From Thermoproteota archaeon (GTDB lineage: Archaea > Thermoproteota > Thermoprotei_A > Sulfolobales > Ignisphaeraceae), in assembly GCA_030550585.1 (NCBI GenBank), contig JAUQPB010000002.1, positions 96,001-160,000 of the forward strand: a stretch of DNA of 64,000 bases. Reading direction: 5' to 3'. A program made the position numbers and the translations under genes. The stretch's first letter is position 1. Each line of letters starts with the position of its first letter. Shown piece after piece: positions 1-9,917 of this stretch. Below the pieces are notes generated by a model. The model saw nothing but the letters and a program-made list of their open reading frames with translations, was not told the DNA's origin and did not search any database.

Positions 1-208
1 TTTTTTGAAGGTGATTTGCGATAATTAAATAGGAGTCTGCGAGGTAACGTTCAATGCTATCGATTTTAAAACCATAAAAGACCATGTATGCGAATATATT
101 TGAATTTGGATAGCTCAATAACATGGAATAAAGCTGCAGGAGTATAACACCTAGGATTGCTGTATACGCATGGAAGTATATTAATCTAGAATTATTTCCT
201 TTTCTCAT
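1..208 (-). CDS. partial hypothetical protein with N-terminal hydrophobic segment (runs off window start)
   Basis: ATG at 208-206 opens a frame (MRKGNNSRLIYFHAYTAILGVILLQLYSMLLSY...) with no stop before position 1; divergent from lhr. Confidence 0.4.
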   Translation of the reverse strand, partial: MRKGNNSRLIYFHAYTAILGVILLQLYSMLLSYPNSNIFAYMVFYGFKIDSIERYLADSYLIIANHLQK

Positions 209-306
209 GGCCAACTCTTAGTGACAGTTAAATCTTTAAACCAAGTGTACTATATATATTGTTCTGCATAACAAGATATAACATGCAATCAAGGTCTCAA
301 TGAAAT

Positions 307-3201
307 ATGAGAAACGACGTAGAGGAGGCAGTTTATTGGTTCTCGCGACTGGGCTTTGCATATCCAACAGATATTCAAAGGAAAACTTTTTCCAAGATTA
401 TGGAGCACGACAGAGATTTGATGGTAGTTGCCCCTACCGGATCAGGAAAGACAGAAGCTGTTATAGTACCTCTTCTCGTCAAACTCTCTAGAAAAGGCTT
501 TTTGAGTGGAGGTTCATCTATAACGATTATTTATATTACGCCATTAAGAGCATTGAATAGAGATATTAAATCGAGATTAGAAAATATTTGTGCAGTATTT
601 GGATGTAGGGTGGATGTGTGGCATGGCGATACATCATATGGGGTTAGAAAAAGAATTGTGAATAGCCCTCCAAATATTCTTCTCACAACACCAGAAAGCT
701 TTCAAATACTGCTTATAAAAAATGAATTAAGGAAACATTTAGCAAATCTTTATGCCGTTGTCATTGATGAATTACAAGAGATAGCAAATGATGAAAGAGG
801 TGTAGAGCTTTTCTTATCTCTTGAAAGATTGGATGAAATGTTGAATAGACATATTAGAAGAATAGCATTGTCAGCCTCAATAAACGAATTTGATATAAAT
901 TACATTGGCAACATAATTTTTTCAAACAGGCCTTTCGATATTGCTTTATCGAAAACACAAAAGATTTATGATGTAAAGGTCGGTCTATCAGATAAGAATT
1001 ATCAAGGTGGGATATTCAGTATAGAAAAGGTGGTTGATAAAATTACTGAAATTGTCGAGTCGATGTCCTTTAGACAAATACTAATATTCACAAATACTAG
1101 GACAGCCGCAGAAGAATTGGGATTTATGCTTAGAATGAATAGGAAACTAAGTGAAAACGTTGTTGGGCTACATCATGGATCTCTATCTAGGATTGAAAGA
1201 GAGTCCATAGAGAGGAATTTTAAGGCTGGTTCCCTAAAACTTGTTGTTGCAACATCTAGTCTTGAACTGGGAATAGACATTGGATCTGTAGACTATGTTA
1301 TACAGTATCTGTCGCCTAGGCAAGTTACAAAGCTTATGCAACGTGTTGGTCGTGCAGGGCATAGAGAAGAGAGCATATCTAGGGGAATAATAGTTACCCC
1401 GCCAATAATTTCGGAAATTATAGAGTCTCTTATTATTGCAAAGAGACTCCAAAGAGGTGACTTGGAACGTATAGAAACGCATTTCAATAGCTTGGATGTT
1501 TTGGCTCACCAGTTTGTTGGTGTAGCTATAGAAAGGAGTTCCATTGATGTGAACGATTTTTTCAGACTTGTAAGAAAATCTCCATTCTTTGAGAATATAA
1601 CGCTAGATGATATAGAGAAAATAGTATCATTTATGAATGAAATAGGTCTTATAAAATGTGTTAATGATGGTTATTCAATGCGTTGCCAGAGTACGAAGAG
1701 AGGCTACATATACTATGTTACAACCAACATGATACCAGATACTACACAATATCTAGCAAAGTCTGTAGTAGACCACAAAGTTGTTGCTTCATTAGATGAA
1801 GATTTCGTAGCAACATGTAATGAGAATGACATCATAGTGCTAGCTGGTAGACCTTGGAAAATTATTAGTGTGGAATTTGATGAGAAAACCGTTTGGTTGG
1901 CTCCATATACAGAACTTTCAGAGATTGTGCTACCTAGATGGGTTGGGGAGAATATTCCAGTTGACAGAAAGGTTTCAAGAGAGGTTTGTTCTTTTCTTAG
2001 GCGTTTTTGCACTTGCAGCGAATCTAGTTGCATAGAACATCTTCTAAACTTATACAATGTAGACAAAGATCTCAAGGAATTCCTATTGGCAAATAGAGAG
2101 ACTATTTGCAGAGTTTATCCAAATGATAGGGTTCTTACAATAGAGCTGCTAAGAATACCTAATGAAAATAAATCTCTTCTAGCCATCTACACATGTTTAG
2201 GCTCGAAAGCTTCAGAAGCTTTCTCAGTACTCATATCAAAAATACTGAGAGAATATCTAAAGATGGGGAATACATATAAATCACATCAGCTCGGTACTGT
2301 AATACTTACCGACTCGCCTATTAGTGCCAATGATATTAAAAGAGTCTTGAACATACTTTTTGATATCCATGAAAAGGGGTTAACAAAGGACTTTATCGTT
2401 GAGGAATTGAAAAAGACCTCTATATTCAAAAGAAACCTTATTAATGTTGCAAGAAAAATGGGAGTAGTGTCAAAGGGTAGTGACATCAAGGAGATAAAAA
2501 GGATAGTCGATAGCTTGATGGTGACATCCATTCTCGTTGAAGAGACCATAAGAGAGTTACTTGTAGAGAAAATTGATATTAAAGAGGTTGAAAAGTTTAT
2601 AGATTCGATTAAGAGAGGCATGAAAATTAAGATAGCCATCGTCAAAAAGCCATCTCCTTTTCTACAGGAGATTACACAACTTGGTTCGTTAAGGTATATA
2701 GTTAGAAGTTCTGCAGTATCAAAAGAGTTGGTATTAGAACTTGCAAAGCGAAGACTTCTAAATAAAAGTGTTAAAGCATTTTGCATGATCTGCAATAAGC
2801 TATTTGAAGTAAATATCAATGAATATTTAAGCAGTGTATGCAAAACTGACAATCCCTTTAAATGCTCTATTTCATGTCCTCATTGCGGCTCTAAGGCCAT
2901 AACAATTGTAGAGAACGATGATGAAATAAATACGTTGAAAAAAGTAATTTCAAAAGCCAAAGGTGTTGCTGAATTGGATAAATTGGATATTGAAGAGCGA
3001 AAGATGCTTGAAAAATCTGCTGAAATGGCCAATATGTTAATGGAATATGGTTTAGCCTTCTTAATAGCGTTACAAGGTATTGGTATTGGAATTGAAAATT
3101 CGAAAAAAGTGTTGTCAAAAGCATTCGATATGAATACGCTCATACAAGGTATCTTGGAATATGAAGAAAGGTTTTTAAGAACAAGGAAATATTGGGACTA
3201 G
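307..3201 (+). CDS. lhr: Lhr-family SF2 ATP-dependent helicase with C-terminal Zn finger
   Basis: APTGSGKT, YITPLRALNRD, TTPES, DELQ, HHGSLS, ATSSLELGIDIG, QRVGRAGH motifs; C-terminal CMIC...CPHCGS. Confidence 0.92.
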   Translation: MRNDVEEAVYWFSRLGFAYPTDIQRKTFSKIMEHDRDLMVVAPTGSGKTEAVIVPLLVKLSRKGFLSGGSSITIIYITPLRALNRDIKSRLENICAVFGCRVDVWHGDTSYGVRKRIVNSPPNILLTTPESFQILLIKNELRKHLANLYAVVIDELQEIANDERGVELFLSLERLDEMLNRHIRRIALSASINEFDINYIGNIIFSNRPFDIALSKTQKIYDVKVGLSDKNYQGGIFSIEKVVDKITEIVESMSFRQILIFTNTRTAAEELGFMLRMNRKLSENVVGLHHGSLSRIERESIERNFKAGSLKLVVATSSLELGIDIGSVDYVIQYLSPRQVTKLMQRVGRAGHREESISRGIIVTPPIISEIIESLIIAKRLQRGDLERIETHFNSLDVLAHQFVGVAIERSSIDVNDFFRLVRKSPFFENITLDDIEKIVSFMNEIGLIKCVNDGYSMRCQSTKRGYIYYVTTNMIPDTTQYLAKSVVDHKVVASLDEDFVATCNENDIIVLAGRPWKIISVEFDEKTVWLAPYTELSEIVLPRWVGENIPVDRKVSREVCSFLRRFCTCSESSCIEHLLNLYNVDKDLKEFLLANRETICRVYPNDRVLTIELLRIPNENKSLLAIYTCLGSKASEAFSVLISKILREYLKMGNTYKSHQLGTVILTDSPISANDIKRVLNILFDIHEKGLTKDFIVEELKKTSIFKRNLINVARKMGVVSKGSDIKEIKRIVDSLMVTSILVEETIRELLVEKIDIKEVEKFIDSIKRGMKIKIAIVKKPSPFLQEITQLGSLRYIVRSSAVSKELVLELAKRRLLNKSVKAFCMICNKLFEVNINEYLSSVCKTDNPFKCSISCPHCGSKAITIVENDDEINTLKKVISKAKGVAELDKLDIEERKMLEKSAEMANMLMEYGLAFLIALQGIGIGIENSKKVLSKAFDMNTLIQGILEYEERFLRTRKYWD

Positions 3202-3226
3202 CCATACTATTTCTCTCGAGAAACAC

Positions 3227-3234
3227 TTTATAAA
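3227..3234 (+). promoter_or_regulatory. TATA box of cedA1 (probably leaderless transcript)
   Basis: TTTATAAA ending 25 nt upstream of ATG 3260. Confidence 0.6.
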
Positions 3235-3259
3235 GTCCCTGAATATAACGGGATAAAAA

Positions 3260-3532
3260 ATGGATATTATAGCATTAATAAAGGATTTAATTAGCAAAAC
3301 CGTTATTGTAGCCTGGCTTTTATTTTTCCTTACATGGTTGATAGGCTGGGCTATAAAAGGAGCTCCAATACCAATGGGAAGGGTTAGAAAAGTTGGACAG
3401 GGACTTATTGAGGATGCTGTATGGGGCGCATTTTGGGTGGCTGTGGGGACAACAATATTCTGGCTTATAACGTATATAGCATCTTATATAGGTAATGCTC
3501 TTCCTCCTCCACCATCACCCCAGCTTCCATGA
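3260..3532 (+). CDS. cedA1: DNA import pilin CedA1 (VirB2-like)
   Basis: 90 aa, two TM helices, signature W-x-IGWAIKGAPIP...GQGLIEDAVWGAFW; directly upstream of cedA. Confidence 0.85.
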   Translation: MDIIALIKDLISKTVIVAWLLFFLTWLIGWAIKGAPIPMGRVRKVGQGLIEDAVWGAFWVAVGTTIFWLITYIASYIGNALPPPPSPQLP

Positions 3533-3582
3533 ATATTTTGGAGTTGTTTTAATGTATTCAGCTAAGAGCTTGGGGATGTACA

Positions 3583-4962
3583 TTGTATCTGCTAATAGTA
3601 GCATACTATCTATCAATTCTAACATTTTATATTGGTACGCTTATTTATGCTCTTCCCATACCTTTAACAGGTTTGAAGCGATGGGCTCCAAGGCTGATTA
3701 CAGACGCCTTCTATGTAATGGCGCTATTGTTTAGTTTGTCTTCGATAACTGCGTTGACCAACATTATACAAGGTGTATTAGGTGGAGATTGGAATTTCTT
3801 TTTATCTTACATAAAGGCGGCCATCGCTGGTAGGGCATACATTCTGGTTTCACTAGGTCTTCTCAGAGATTTGCTGGCTAAAACAGTATTCTTGTCGGGT
3901 ATAGCTAGACTCATATCAATGGTTATCAATAGCATTGCGGCTTCGCTCTATATGCTACTAATTATGTATAGCCTATCGGTTTTTGTCAAATACTCTTTTT
4001 GGACTCTATTGTCATTGGGTCTAGCTTTAATGGCAATACCGTTTAGAATATCTCGAGGAGCGGGAGCCTTTCTTATAGCATTTGCATTGGTATTCAACTC
4101 AGCCTTACCATTATACCTACAGTTTGTTAAAACATTGATATTTCCTGCATCTCCTAATATAGGCGAGTTTATTGTATATGGCTCTATAGTTAACATGAAT
4201 GATCAAGTTATTTCACAAGGTTTCATAGGCTTAGAATACAATGGCGAGTACATAGCACCACTACCAGTATATTCCGGGGTTTATGCAATACCAATTGATT
4301 ATAAAGGAAACGTGACTGTATATTTCGATGTGTGTGGTCACATGTTCTATACAAATATAACCAATGTTTCAATATTTAATTTATGCAGAAGCTTAGGCCA
4401 AGGCGCTACACCATTTTTATGCAACTTGAATTTAAAGGTTCTAGGATTGATAGATTATAGAAGGGGTGTTGCTTTACATGCAGCGCCATTTCCGGACCAT
4501 GTAAACGTAACAATCTTCACCGAAAACTATATAGAGGTTTACTTCGTATCCAATCAAAAATTTGATTTATATATTTCTATTGTTGATGCCTACAATGTAA
4601 AATCTTTGAGCCTAGATTCACAAACTATTGAAGATGTTGATAGGTATATAAAGTATAGGTGGCGTTGGTTTGATTTATTTGGAAAGACATATGTAATAAG
4701 TATTCCTGAGGGATTACACAAGGTAGTAATAAACTTAGAACAGAGTGGATATGAGAAGTTCGAGCCAAGCGAAGGACAGATATACATTGCTCAATCTATG
4801 ATAATGAATTATGGCAATCTTCCAGGAATTTTTGATGAGCTTATCCGTATTATATACGCGGATATCATTGGTGCAGCTCTCTACATATCATTGCTTACAT
4901 CGATTTCAATAGGATTGGCTAGGGTAATAGGTGGGGCAGCTAAGCTAAGGATGATAATATGA
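3583..4962 (+). CDS. cedA: DNA import membrane protein CedA with large soluble insertion
   Basis: N-terminus YIGTLIYALPIPLTGLKRWAPRLITD, motif AIPFRISRGAGAFLIAF, C-terminal TM LYISLLTSISIGLARVIGG; follows cedA1. Confidence 0.82.
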   Translation: MYLLIVAYYLSILTFYIGTLIYALPIPLTGLKRWAPRLITDAFYVMALLFSLSSITALTNIIQGVLGGDWNFFLSYIKAAIAGRAYILVSLGLLRDLLAKTVFLSGIARLISMVINSIAASLYMLLIMYSLSVFVKYSFWTLLSLGLALMAIPFRISRGAGAFLIAFALVFNSALPLYLQFVKTLIFPASPNIGEFIVYGSIVNMNDQVISQGFIGLEYNGEYIAPLPVYSGVYAIPIDYKGNVTVYFDVCGHMFYTNITNVSIFNLCRSLGQGATPFLCNLNLKVLGLIDYRRGVALHAAPFPDHVNVTIFTENYIEVYFVSNQKFDLYISIVDAYNVKSLSLDSQTIEDVDRYIKYRWRWFDLFGKTYVISIPEGLHKVVINLEQSGYEKFEPSEGQIYIAQSMIMNYGNLPGIFDELIRIIYADIIGAALYISLLTSISIGLARVIGGAAKLRMII

Positions 4963-5153
4963 GGATGTGTATTGAAAGTAGTTTGTCAAGAAAAATACTA
5001 ATATTTAACATCTTAGCCATATTTACACTATTTATATTAATGCTCGAATCTGATTTACTGTTATCAGATATTTTGGGCGTTTTCATGGTTATAACCATTC
5101 TCATTTCGGTTACATTATTATCTGTAGTATTGAAGCGTTGCGATATTGCCTAG
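4959..5153 (+). CDS. small two-TM protein, candidate CedA2
   Basis: 64 aa, two hydrophobic segments, ATGA overlap with cedA stop; assignment from position and topology only. Confidence 0.45.
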   Translation: MRMCIESSLSRKILIFNILAIFTLFILMLESDLLLSDILGVFMVITILISVTLLSVVLKRCDIA

Positions 5154-5301
5154 GATAAATCAATGCTTAAGATATGTAGTGTTAAATTGATAAGCTTTAC
5201 ACACTCTATTATAATTTATCATCATATGCTGTTTCATTATGAAAGCTTTTAATATGTCAAGCATCTGAATAAATTTGTTGCACCTTAATGAGGGTGCATA
5301 A

Positions 5302-5577
5302 ATGGAGGAGGAAATAGTCTCGTCAGAAACTCAAGAAGAAAGAGAATCAGTCGAAGAAGAGTCTAGCGAAATATATTCTGAAGGTGAAGAGGTGGAATAT
5401 GTAGCGTTCTCACCTCAAGAACTAGAGATTTTTATTCTTCGCTCAGAAACATGGGATAAGCTAGCTAGGGGAGAGATTGCATTAGAAGATGCAAAAAAGA
5501 TTATAGATGAGATTATGCAACAATCTCAAACGCAAGTTGAAGCGACTAAGAGGCGGGGTAGAAGAAAAAGAAAATGA
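5302..5577 (+). CDS. rpo13: RNA polymerase subunit Rpo13
   Basis: acidic N-tail, core SPQELEIFILRSETWDKLARGEIALEDAKK, basic C-tail. Confidence 0.85.
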   Translation: MEEEIVSSETQEERESVEEESSEIYSEGEEVEYVAFSPQELEIFILRSETWDKLARGEIALEDAKKIIDEIMQQSQTQVEATKRRGRRKRK

Positions 5578-5719
5578 TGGAATCAATTACTTAATTATTT
5601 AAGCATTATAATACAATAACGTGTGGCATACAAAGTTACATCAGATTTTTAATTGACATTGCAAGTGGTATAGCAACTTGTTGCATAACTTCATGTTTAC
5701 AGAATTAAGAATAATAGAG

Positions 5720-6088
5720 TCAGCATTCGTCATATTCATAGCCAAGGTTATTCAAAGCATCTTTAATGGTTTCTCTGCTTACAGATCTGTCAAAAACTAT
5801 TACAACCAGTTTGTTGTTGTCTTTTTTAATAAGCTTTACTTTGTCTACTAGTACATTTCCTTTTAATAGTTCGCTAACATTCTTTCTAGGTGTTAGAAAG
5901 TCCTTAAACTTTTTCTGCATAACATTGTAGAAGGTGTCAAAGTGCTGTATCATCCTTATAGCATCTTCCACATCTTCTCCTCCTTTACCAAGCACATCTC
6001 TAAGTTTATTGAGCAGTTCTGGTGCTTTGTTTGCATCAACTTCTAATGCTGTGTATCCGCCAAGTATTGTAAAGACTCTGGGTTTCAT
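5720..6088 (-). CDS. hypothetical protein
   Basis: 122-aa ORF with normal composition, divergent from pcn. Confidence 0.7.
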   Translation of the reverse strand: MKPRVFTILGGYTALEVDANKAPELLNKLRDVLGKGGEDVEDAIRMIQHFDTFYNVMQKKFKDFLTPRKNVSELLKGNVLVDKVKLIKKDNNKLVVIVFDRSVSRETIKDALNNLGYEYDEC

Positions 6089-6163
6089 ATGTAATCGCCT
6101 TGGACTCTTAGACCGATAATTTTATAGATTTGAAAAGATAAAATTTTTGTTTGAGGTAGCACC

Positions 6164-6925
6164 ATGAGTGCAAGAATTACATATCCTGTGGGAGCAGTAA
6201 TAAAGAATGTGGCACAGGCTTTGAAGGGTGTTGTTGATCAAATACCTATTGTGATGTCCTTGGATCAGTTCTCTATTGAGGCGCTTTCCCCTGATAAGGT
6301 GTCTATGATCATATTTTCAATTCCGTCATCGGCATTTGAAGAGTATAGCGTTAGCGAGGAGATAAAAATTGTTGCTGATAGAGATGAGTTTGTCAAATCA
6401 CTAAGAAGAGCTACAAAAAGAGATAAGGTATCATTTGAGTATGTAGCTGGTAGCAGAGAACTAAAGGTTAAGGTTTTTAATGTTAGAAGTAACTTGGAAA
6501 GAGAGTACGTAGTTCCTCTGTCTGAGATCAATTTTGAGAGGATAGGATCGCTAAATGTTGAACTTGAGGTGTCAGCAAATCTTCCAGCCGATGAGCTGGT
6601 ATCCGTTATAAAGGATGTTAGTATTTTGGGTGAGGAAGTATCGTTTATATACTCTTCAGAACTAAATGGGATAAAGGTTGCAGCCCACGGTGATCTAGGG
6701 TCGTATGAAACTATATTGAAGCAGTTTCAACCATTAACATACCTAGAATCTTCTGTGGGTAGTAGCATTGCGAGGTATAGTGTTGAGCATCTAAAGGCTG
6801 TTGCAAAGCTTCTTAATCTTGCAGAGGAATGCAGTATTGCATTTGGAGCAGACAAACCCTTGAAGATCGCTTTTGAAATAACTGGTGGAGGTAGGGTAGA
6901 GGTCTGGATAGCACCTAGAGCATGA
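6164..6925 (+). CDS. pcn: DNA polymerase sliding clamp PCNA (paralog 1)
   Basis: 253 aa; ALSPDKVSM, FEEYSV, YSVEHL, C-terminal WIAPRA. Confidence 0.9.
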   Translation: MSARITYPVGAVIKNVAQALKGVVDQIPIVMSLDQFSIEALSPDKVSMIIFSIPSSAFEEYSVSEEIKIVADRDEFVKSLRRATKRDKVSFEYVAGSRELKVKVFNVRSNLEREYVVPLSEINFERIGSLNVELEVSANLPADELVSVIKDVSILGEEVSFIYSSELNGIKVAAHGDLGSYETILKQFQPLTYLESSVGSSIARYSVEHLKAVAKLLNLAEECSIAFGADKPLKIAFEITGGGRVEVWIAPRA

Positions 6926-7281
6926 TTAATGGTGACTCGATGTACGCTGATGTTGTAAGGGTCGATTCAAAGGGTAGGATAACAATACCATCTACTTTAA
7001 GGTTGTTGCTAAATATTGAAGAAGGGGATCAGCTAGTTCTATTATTTGATGAAAGTACCCAAAAAATTGAAATACTAGGCCCCGGAACCGACAACCCAGT
7101 TGTATGCATAACCGCAAATCCCTTAGAGAATGTACTAGATATTATATCAAATATAGGAAATGATTTGATAGCGGTTACATGCAGACGTATAGACGAAGAA
7201 CGCGGAGAGTATAAATGTAAGATTGTACTCAATAAAAAAGCTCTCGAATTAGGAAAGGCAAAGGGTTTAAAATGTCTATAA
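6922..7281 (+). CDS. AbrB/MazE/SpoVT-family DNA-binding protein
   Basis: VRVDSKGRITIPSTLRLLLNIEEGD motif. Confidence 0.88.
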   Translation: MINGDSMYADVVRVDSKGRITIPSTLRLLLNIEEGDQLVLLFDESTQKIEILGPGTDNPVVCITANPLENVLDIISNIGNDLIAVTCRRIDEERGEYKCKIVLNKKALELGKAKGLKCL

Positions 7282-7341
7282 ACCAAGGCACTCATTTAAG
7301 CGCATTATTTATATTTTGTGTAAAAGCACCTAATCATATTA

Positions 7342-8127
7342 TTGGTGAAAAAATTGAGTAGCACTACAACCATTAGATTTGTATTTGGAGATGCTAGAAT
7401 CTGGAGATATGTTTTAAGAACACTTGCAGATTATTTAGAGGTTGTAGGTATGAAGGTCAGCCCCAATGAAGGTGTTAGGATAAGGGCTATGGATCCAAGC
7501 CGTGTGATGCTTGTCGATTTTAGTATTCCTCCCAATGCCTTTGAGGAGTATGTTGTTGAAAAAGATGAGATACTATTTCTAAATCTAGAGGGTGTTTCGA
7601 AGATACTTAGGAGAGCATCCAAATCAGATAAACTTGCACTATATAGTGACGGCAGTAGACTAAGCCTTTCTCTTATTTCTAAAGGCGGTACGCAGAGAAC
7701 CTTTATATTACCACTTATATCATCTTCATATGAGGAAATACCCGAACTATCTTTAGAATTCAAAGTTGTTGCTAAAATACTTGGCCCGGCACTCTCAGCA
7801 GCTCTATCGATACTAGAGGATGTAGGTGAGGTAGCGAAATTCAAGGCGCTAAAAGATGGTTTAACATTGATGGCATCGACAGAGCTTGGCGAGGTAGAAT
7901 TCATGTTTAATACTTCCACTGGCACTTTAATAGATTATCAGATAGCTGAAGGCGTCGAAGAGTTTGCTAATTCATACTCTATGGAATATATCTCAACATT
8001 GACGCAATTGTCAAAATTTGCGGAAAGTGCTACAATTAAATTAGCACCTGAAATACCTTGTGAAATAGACTTAGATATGATTGGAGGGGCGATATTGAAG
8101 GTTTTCATTGCTCCAAGAATGGAGTAG
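7342..8127 (+). CDS. pcn: DNA polymerase sliding clamp PCNA (paralog 2)
   Basis: RAMDPSRVMLVD, AFEEY, YSMEY, FIAPR motifs. Confidence 0.93.
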   Translation: MVKKLSSTTTIRFVFGDARIWRYVLRTLADYLEVVGMKVSPNEGVRIRAMDPSRVMLVDFSIPPNAFEEYVVEKDEILFLNLEGVSKILRRASKSDKLALYSDGSRLSLSLISKGGTQRTFILPLISSSYEEIPELSLEFKVVAKILGPALSAALSILEDVGEVAKFKALKDGLTLMASTELGEVEFMFNTSTGTLIDYQIAEGVEEFANSYSMEYISTLTQLSKFAESATIKLAPEIPCEIDLDMIGGAILKVFIAPRME

Positions 8128-8148
8128 TGTTATCGTAATAGGATAAGG

Positions 8149-9351
8149 ATGTGGTGTTGTTTGAGCCAAAAAAGAGGTGTACCAGATTTTTTTAAGGAGA
8201 AATTTAGAGAATATTATAGGGGGGCCTCCTTAGAGCTTCCACAAGATCTTCCCTTCAGGGAGGTTGCTTTACAACCTTTTGATGCCGATTATTATGTTCG
8301 TCACTTGTCATTTGATTCTCTGGCACAGCTTAGAGATTATATATCAGCAAATGTCCCCCGACACCTATACTATTCTTCGGCAAAATATCTCTATCCAGGC
8401 AACAATGAAATGTCTGAAAAGGGATGGATTGGTAGCGACTTGGTGTTCGATATAGATTCAAATGATATTCCAGATTGTGGCAAATACGTTATAGACTTTA
8501 GATTTTGTCCTAGATGTGGATATATAGCAAAAAATGATGAGAAAGAATGCCCATATTGTGGCTTAGAACTCAAAAAATTTGAGCACGTAGATAAAGCTTG
8601 CATTGAAAGAGCCTATGATTATCTGCTTAAGCTTATAGACATTATCGAAAATGATTTCGGATTTTTAACCTATAAAGCAAGTTTTTCTGGGAATAGAGGG
8701 TTTCACCTAATTGTTGAGCTACCTCAGCCATTCGACAGAATGGATTCAGAAGCGAGAAGAGAGATAGTTTCATACATAATGCTAAATGATTTTGATAAAA
8801 AACACATCATAAATATGTACATGGACGATGCTAGAAGGCAAAAAGGACTCGGATATATATTGCCAAGAGTTATTGATGGTGGTTTAAGAAGAAGAATAGC
8901 ATTATCACTATCGAAAAGGGTTTCTGACCAAGACATAAAAAGTTTCTTGATGGGCTATAGCGAAAAAATTGATTACCATAAACTAGCACAGTTATCAGAA
9001 CTTATATCAAAGCATATTGAGGAAATACTTAATGAATTATCTATTCCAATAGACTCTAAGGTAACCATAGATATCTCACACCTTGTTAGAATCCCAAATA
9101 GCATAAATGGAAAAACAGGTTGGAAAGCCTTTTTGATTAAAAATATATCAGAATTTGAACTAGACCCATACAACGTCTCAATTAGTGGCAATGAGATGCT
9201 TCAGTTGCGTATCTTAGTAGATCTGCCTCAAATAAGAATAATAGATAGGGAATTTAAAGCAAAAAAGGGAGATGTTATAGTTACAGAATATCCGTACGCC
9301 TCATATCTAGTATTCAAAAACGTGGCAGAACTTATGTCTATAAGGCGATAG
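8149..9351 (+). CDS. priS: DNA primase catalytic (small) subunit
   Basis: HLYYSSA, DLVFDID, FSGNRGFH, IDSKVT...RIPNS; Zn ribbon CPRC/CPYC; C-terminal B-domain. Confidence 0.93.
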   Translation: MWCCLSQKRGVPDFFKEKFREYYRGASLELPQDLPFREVALQPFDADYYVRHLSFDSLAQLRDYISANVPRHLYYSSAKYLYPGNNEMSEKGWIGSDLVFDIDSNDIPDCGKYVIDFRFCPRCGYIAKNDEKECPYCGLELKKFEHVDKACIERAYDYLLKLIDIIENDFGFLTYKASFSGNRGFHLIVELPQPFDRMDSEARREIVSYIMLNDFDKKHIINMYMDDARRQKGLGYILPRVIDGGLRRRIALSLSKRVSDQDIKSFLMGYSEKIDYHKLAQLSELISKHIEEILNELSIPIDSKVTIDISHLVRIPNSINGKTGWKAFLIKNISEFELDPYNVSISGNEMLQLRILVDLPQIRIIDREFKAKKGDVIVTEYPYASYLVFKNVAELMSIRR

Positions 9352-9358
9352 CTAAGCT

Positions 9359-9850
9359 ATGTACCTAGAACTATATGAGAAAATCAAAAAGATTTTCGAT
9401 GCTATATTAAATAATGAGAAGATGAGCTCCAAGGATGTTTACACCATTTTTGAAGTTGCAAACAAGCTGATTTTAGATATGAAGATATGGTGTAATGAGA
9501 ACCAATATACAGAATTAAAAGACCTGTGTACAGACTTCGACAAAAACATTTCGATGATATTGGCCACAATATCTTTATTGATTGCGACAAATGCTATGAG
9601 GGGGGATTTGCAGGTGGATACAGATATTTTTGGCTCTTTTTTGAAAAAACTGAAGGAATCTTTAGATAGCTTTAACAGCATCTTGCGAAACACAATATTG
9701 TTATCAGATGGGTCTGTGTTATGTAAAATATTAAAACCATTTCAAACCAGATTTTCGCTAGCATTGCCTGGTTATGTAGTACCTTTGCCCATAGGCGAGG
9801 CCGCACTTCTTTCAATACTTGGTTTTGTTAAAGTAATTGACTCTTTCTAA
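9359..9850 (+). CDS. GINS subunit Gins15 (Gins51), divergent
   Basis: helical N-domain plus beta B-domain ([15 protein letters not shown]); sits between priS and rpl44e as in the conserved archaeal cluster. Confidence 0.6.
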   Translation: MYLELYEKIKKIFDAILNNEKMSSKDVYTIFEVANKLILDMKIWCNENQYTELKDLCTDFDKNISMILATISLLIATNAMRGDLQVDTDIFGSFLKKLKESLDSFNSILRNTILLSDGSVLCKILKPFQTRFSLALPGYVVPLPIGEAALLSILGFVKVIDSF

Positions 9851-9917
9851 CAATATTGCTTATAAATCCTGCAAAAAGATTGATAATAGAAGAAATAGCT
9901 GGGATGATGTGATTACA

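Noticed and set aside
6922-7281. AbrB gene as the antitoxin of a toxin-antitoxin pair
   Set aside because: No adjacent PIN/VapC or other toxin gene; it is flanked by PCNA genes.
9837-9917. 27-aa N-terminal extension of L44e
   Set aside because: Homology starts at GTG 9918 and the extension overlaps gins15.
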